From: a candidate division WOR-3 bacterium
GTDB lineage: Bacteria; Hydrothermota; Tepidihabitantia; Tepidihabitantales; Tepidihabitantaceae
DNA length: 29,577 nt
Direction of reading: 5' to 3'
NCBI GenBank assembly: GCA_965648935.1
Contig: CBFGIY010000024.1
Span: forward strand, 1 to 29,577
This document shows, one piece after another, positions 27,901-29,577 of this stretch; within the stretch, counting starts at the first letter, position 1; each line of letters starts with the position of its first letter. A program made the translations under genes and the position numbers. The notes under the pieces were generated by a model that was given only the letters and a program-made list of their open reading frames with translations, had not been told where the DNA came from and searched no databases.

Positions 27901-28253
27901 CCTGTGACACGCCTCAGCACGCCGATGCCGGTGCTGCGGTGGTCCGAGGCTATCTCGGCCAACTGGTCCTCGGCCCACTGCTTCAGGTACAGCGGCCGCA
28001 TCATCACCGCGTCGATGACCGGCAGGCGACAGGTGAACCGGTACCCGCCTTCCCATCCTCGCGGCAACTCGACGTTGCGCACGTCCAGCCCGATGCGCGC
28101 ACCGGCATAGTCCAGCGGGTTGCCGATTGACTCAGGCTTGATGCGGGCGGGCTTCGGGTCCTGCTCGAACCACGCCTCGGGCGGGTACGGCGCAACCGCC
28201 GCGACCGCGATAGCAGCGGCCACCAGGAAGGCAATACCGACCAGTCGGTTCAT
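24936..28253 (-). CDS. Large secreted protein with 12 D-x-x-G-[ND]-D-x-Y Gly-rich repeats, HEAT-like repeats and a C-terminal TPR-like region
   Basis: Signal peptide. Repeats such as LIDLGGNDTY, LIDLAGNDVY, LVDRKGNDTY. HEAT-like VRRFALRALARL and AAAALGELGDERAVEPL. C-terminal LNGLAW...A..AVEL...WDTL. Confidence 0.8.
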   Translation of the reverse strand: MNRLVGIAFLVAAAIAVAAVAPYPPEAWFEQDPKPARIKPESIGNPLDYAGARIGLDVRNVELPRGWEGGYRFTCRLPVIDAVMMRPLYLKQWAEDQLAEIASDHRSTGIGVLRRVTGIIVDVPTIGGFFDAFPVIRRPLGDSLGQFTEKYRRVLEALASELAYGAGPEVDSARRVAGNDTVYFFANPGRYLVPDGKRMAELTGNTDAQLEFIDRARRVWLGNFHYAAMWTASAINYYLSRTRGWQAADFYSDTGAMHDVVTFDSPIGPVVIAGFGNDNHRRDAALLIDLGGNDTYTNNAGGCTRTMGTAVCIDHSGDDRYTTPDSSYGQGFGFLGVGMLIDLAGNDVYEAKHLAQGAGILGVGLLWDRAGNDRYSAHAFCQGAGMFGLGMMLDDSGNDVYDCVTMGQGSATTLGVGVLSDLGGDDKYRLACDTTKDALGGIPGYGQGGALSFRAYPWEKKLTAYGGVGLLVDDGGNDSYESKGWCSQGGSYIMSLGALVDNAGDDHYVCGTGQGSGIHITSAILVDRKGNDTYEGGFRSGGSGGDRSTGMFIDYEGDDVYRSSTSSYGTGCKPFSYSLFIDYKGNDRYFCDRPKDAVLFNDWHSFGGVWPESDPHLWPYAISLDLGGADEYAVRNRANNRETHSFGHGIHLDMEWAGGDVVGKVEPYDWPEAVPFRDTLGHRSHWLRYWLGSDVDLLSRFRSIGMIVDTGTSMLPRVVAWARGTRSRDMLECIHHWFIAGKLGDAELPELLKLLKAPDAETRLTIADDFGLWGMRGAESALVNTSATDTSVQVRRFALRALARLESQAGLAVARRLATEDESEDVRRVAVGYAGSVRDSVDVFPLLRWALTEDKTSSVKCAAAAALGELGDERAVEPLREAARTYDVYLRRACGRSLCLLGQKDGLDLLVASLHFPSIDAFENYDRNVPNTIAAFAGFDLPEAERYVQANWERALARRGDSIDILANAAAYRAYLKLNNALRDKPDSAQVRLYEEFLAVYPNHPRARREFAGKLNGLAWTMVTAPAGSPARNVALGLQYATRAVELSADANTWDTLIEVLIQSDRLAEAKAESEKALVAFPGNTMLKGRLEQVLRLTAQRSEPR

Positions 28254-28419
28254 CTCAGGGCACTATCTTTGCTGACGGCACGTTTGTCAAGCAGACTACC
28301 ACACTAGGCGGCCAGCGTAACCGGCTGGCGGAGGGTCCTGCTATATGGCTCACGCCGGCAGTTCGGCTGGCGCTACACGGCCTGCCGGCGCTGGACCCGG
28401 GCAATCCCGCGCGGCCTGT

Positions 28420-29154
28420 TCACCCGCTGCCCTGTGGCCGCGCCATCGCCTGCTTCTTCCACGCCGCAGGCATCTTCTCGATGGCGTAGCGCAGGGCCGT
28501 GCGCGGCATCGCGGCGCGCCGCGCCATCACGAACTCGAATACCTCGCGCGGCCGCGAGTTCGCCATCTCCTTCAACATCCAGCCATAGCCCTTCTGCACC
28601 ATATCGTCTTCGTCCCGCAGCAGCGCGTCGGCCACGCGGTACGCCGAGTCGAACGAGCGGCCCTGCCGGCACGACACGATGTGCCCGACCGCGGCCGCGC
28701 GCCGCACCCAGCGATTGCGCGACCCGGCCCACGCCCGCACCCGGGGCAACACCTGCGGGTAATCCAGCACGAACCAACCCAGCGCGCCGCAGCACAGCGC
28801 GTCGCACGCGGCCCAGTTCGACACGTGCCGCTTCAGCCAGCGCTCCAGCCGCGCGAAATCGCTCGCGGCCAGTTGCCGCCGCATCCGCTCGGCCCACTCG
28901 AACGCCACGCCGCGCTCCTCGCTGTTGCCCACGGCCAGCAACTCCTCGCACAGCGCCAGCAGTTCGGCCTTGGGCAGCGCGCGCACCGCCTGCCAGTGTT
29001 TCCGCACCGTCTCGCGGAACGCAGGCGTGCGCACGCCGTACAGCCGGACCGGCTCGCGGAAGAACCGCTGGACCGACTCCCGGTACCCCGGCTCCGCCTT
29101 CAGCTTCAGCTCGCGCGTTATCGCGGCGACCAACCGGCTGTGCTTTTCCGCCAT
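28420..29154 (-). CDS. DNA alkylation repair protein (AlkD-like)
   Basis: YGVRTP, EER, NWAACD, WVRRAA, DMVQKGYGWMLKE, MPRTALRYAIEK. AAAGGAG RBS and promoter TTGACA(29256-29251)-N17-CATAGT(29233-29228). Confidence 0.88.
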   Translation of the reverse strand: MAEKHSRLVAAITRELKLKAEPGYRESVQRFFREPVRLYGVRTPAFRETVRKHWQAVRALPKAELLALCEELLAVGNSEERGVAFEWAERMRRQLAASDFARLERWLKRHVSNWAACDALCCGALGWFVLDYPQVLPRVRAWAGSRNRWVRRAAAVGHIVSCRQGRSFDSAYRVADALLRDEDDMVQKGYGWMLKEMANSRPREVFEFVMARRAAMPRTALRYAIEKMPAAWKKQAMARPQGSG

Positions 29155-29523
29155 GAGATGCTCCTTTCACCGTACCGCGCAGGGGCCGGTTCAGACCTGC
29201 CGGCCACGGCTCGGCGCAGACCTCGGCACTATGCGCCGCGACAGGCACATTGTCAAGCCGGCAGGCCACTAGACCGGTTGGAGTACCGGCGATGCTGCTG
29301 AAAATTCGACCGGACCAGCTTTTGCCCCCGCTGTCGGGGCCGGTGCTGAACCGCTTGCCGGTGCGTCGCTTGAGTGCGCAACCGACGCTGGCTGTCAAGA
29401 ACCTGCCGCAACCGATTCTCAAACTGGATTTTGCGCCGAAGCTCGCGTTCGCGTCGGCCGGTGGACCTGCCCGACCGTTGGACTTGGGTCCGGCTCTACC
29501 ACCCACTCGGGGAGCCGTTCCCC

Positions 29524-29571
29524 CCACAAGATGTAGTGCCCTCTTGTCGCTTCCGCCACAACATATAGTGG
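29524..29571. promoter_or_regulatory. Tandem NrdR boxes
   Basis: CCACAAGATGTAGTGC (29524-29539) and CCACAACATATAGTGG (29556-29571) match the NrdR consensus acaCwAtATaTwGtg and are 32 bp apart. Confidence 0.75.
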
Positions 29572-29577
29572 CGGTTC

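Noticed and set aside
5676..29527. Long antisense or alternate-frame ORFs (e.g. 5676-7121, 13149-14675, 15672-17699, 17814-19229, 23573-24994, 28373-29527)
   Set aside because: Shadow ORFs expected in high-GC DNA. They overlap well-supported genes and carry no family motifs.

Overview
GC-rich bacterial chromosomal segment from a diderm organism (lipoproteins and a probable beta-barrel protein are encoded; the lineage cannot be fixed from sequence alone). Left to right: 5' part of a TldD/PmbA gene, CDF metal exporter, Pr6Pr membrane protein, YHS-HMA Cu(+) P1B ATPase, a minus-strand run smpB - amidase - murI - rph - RluA/RluD - lipoprotein - aspartase, a ~1750-aa Ser/Thr kinase-STAND ATPase-TPR-GAF-sigma54 activator-HTH fusion, YitT and a nitrilase-family hydrolase, a lipoprotein - DUF5916-like OMP - VOC - TetR operon, a secreted serpin, a large secreted repeat protein, an AlkD-like protein, and tandem NrdR boxes at the right edge. 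The most notable element is in the ~800-bp gap between the fusion activator and smpB. It holds a near-consensus sigma54 promoter (GG-N10-GC), repeated TGCGACA motifs, a GGAGG RBS and an 18-aa ORF absent from the ORF track (MDGIPILPRPRPITGPPR), followed by two hairpins. The peptide matches the proline-rich antimicrobial peptide oncocin at 8 of its first 12 residues. This suggests an NLR-like sensor/sigma54 activator whose output is a micro-peptide and/or a GGA-rich sRNA; the function is inferred, not shown. No rRNA, tRNA, tmRNA, CRISPR array or mobile element was recognised.
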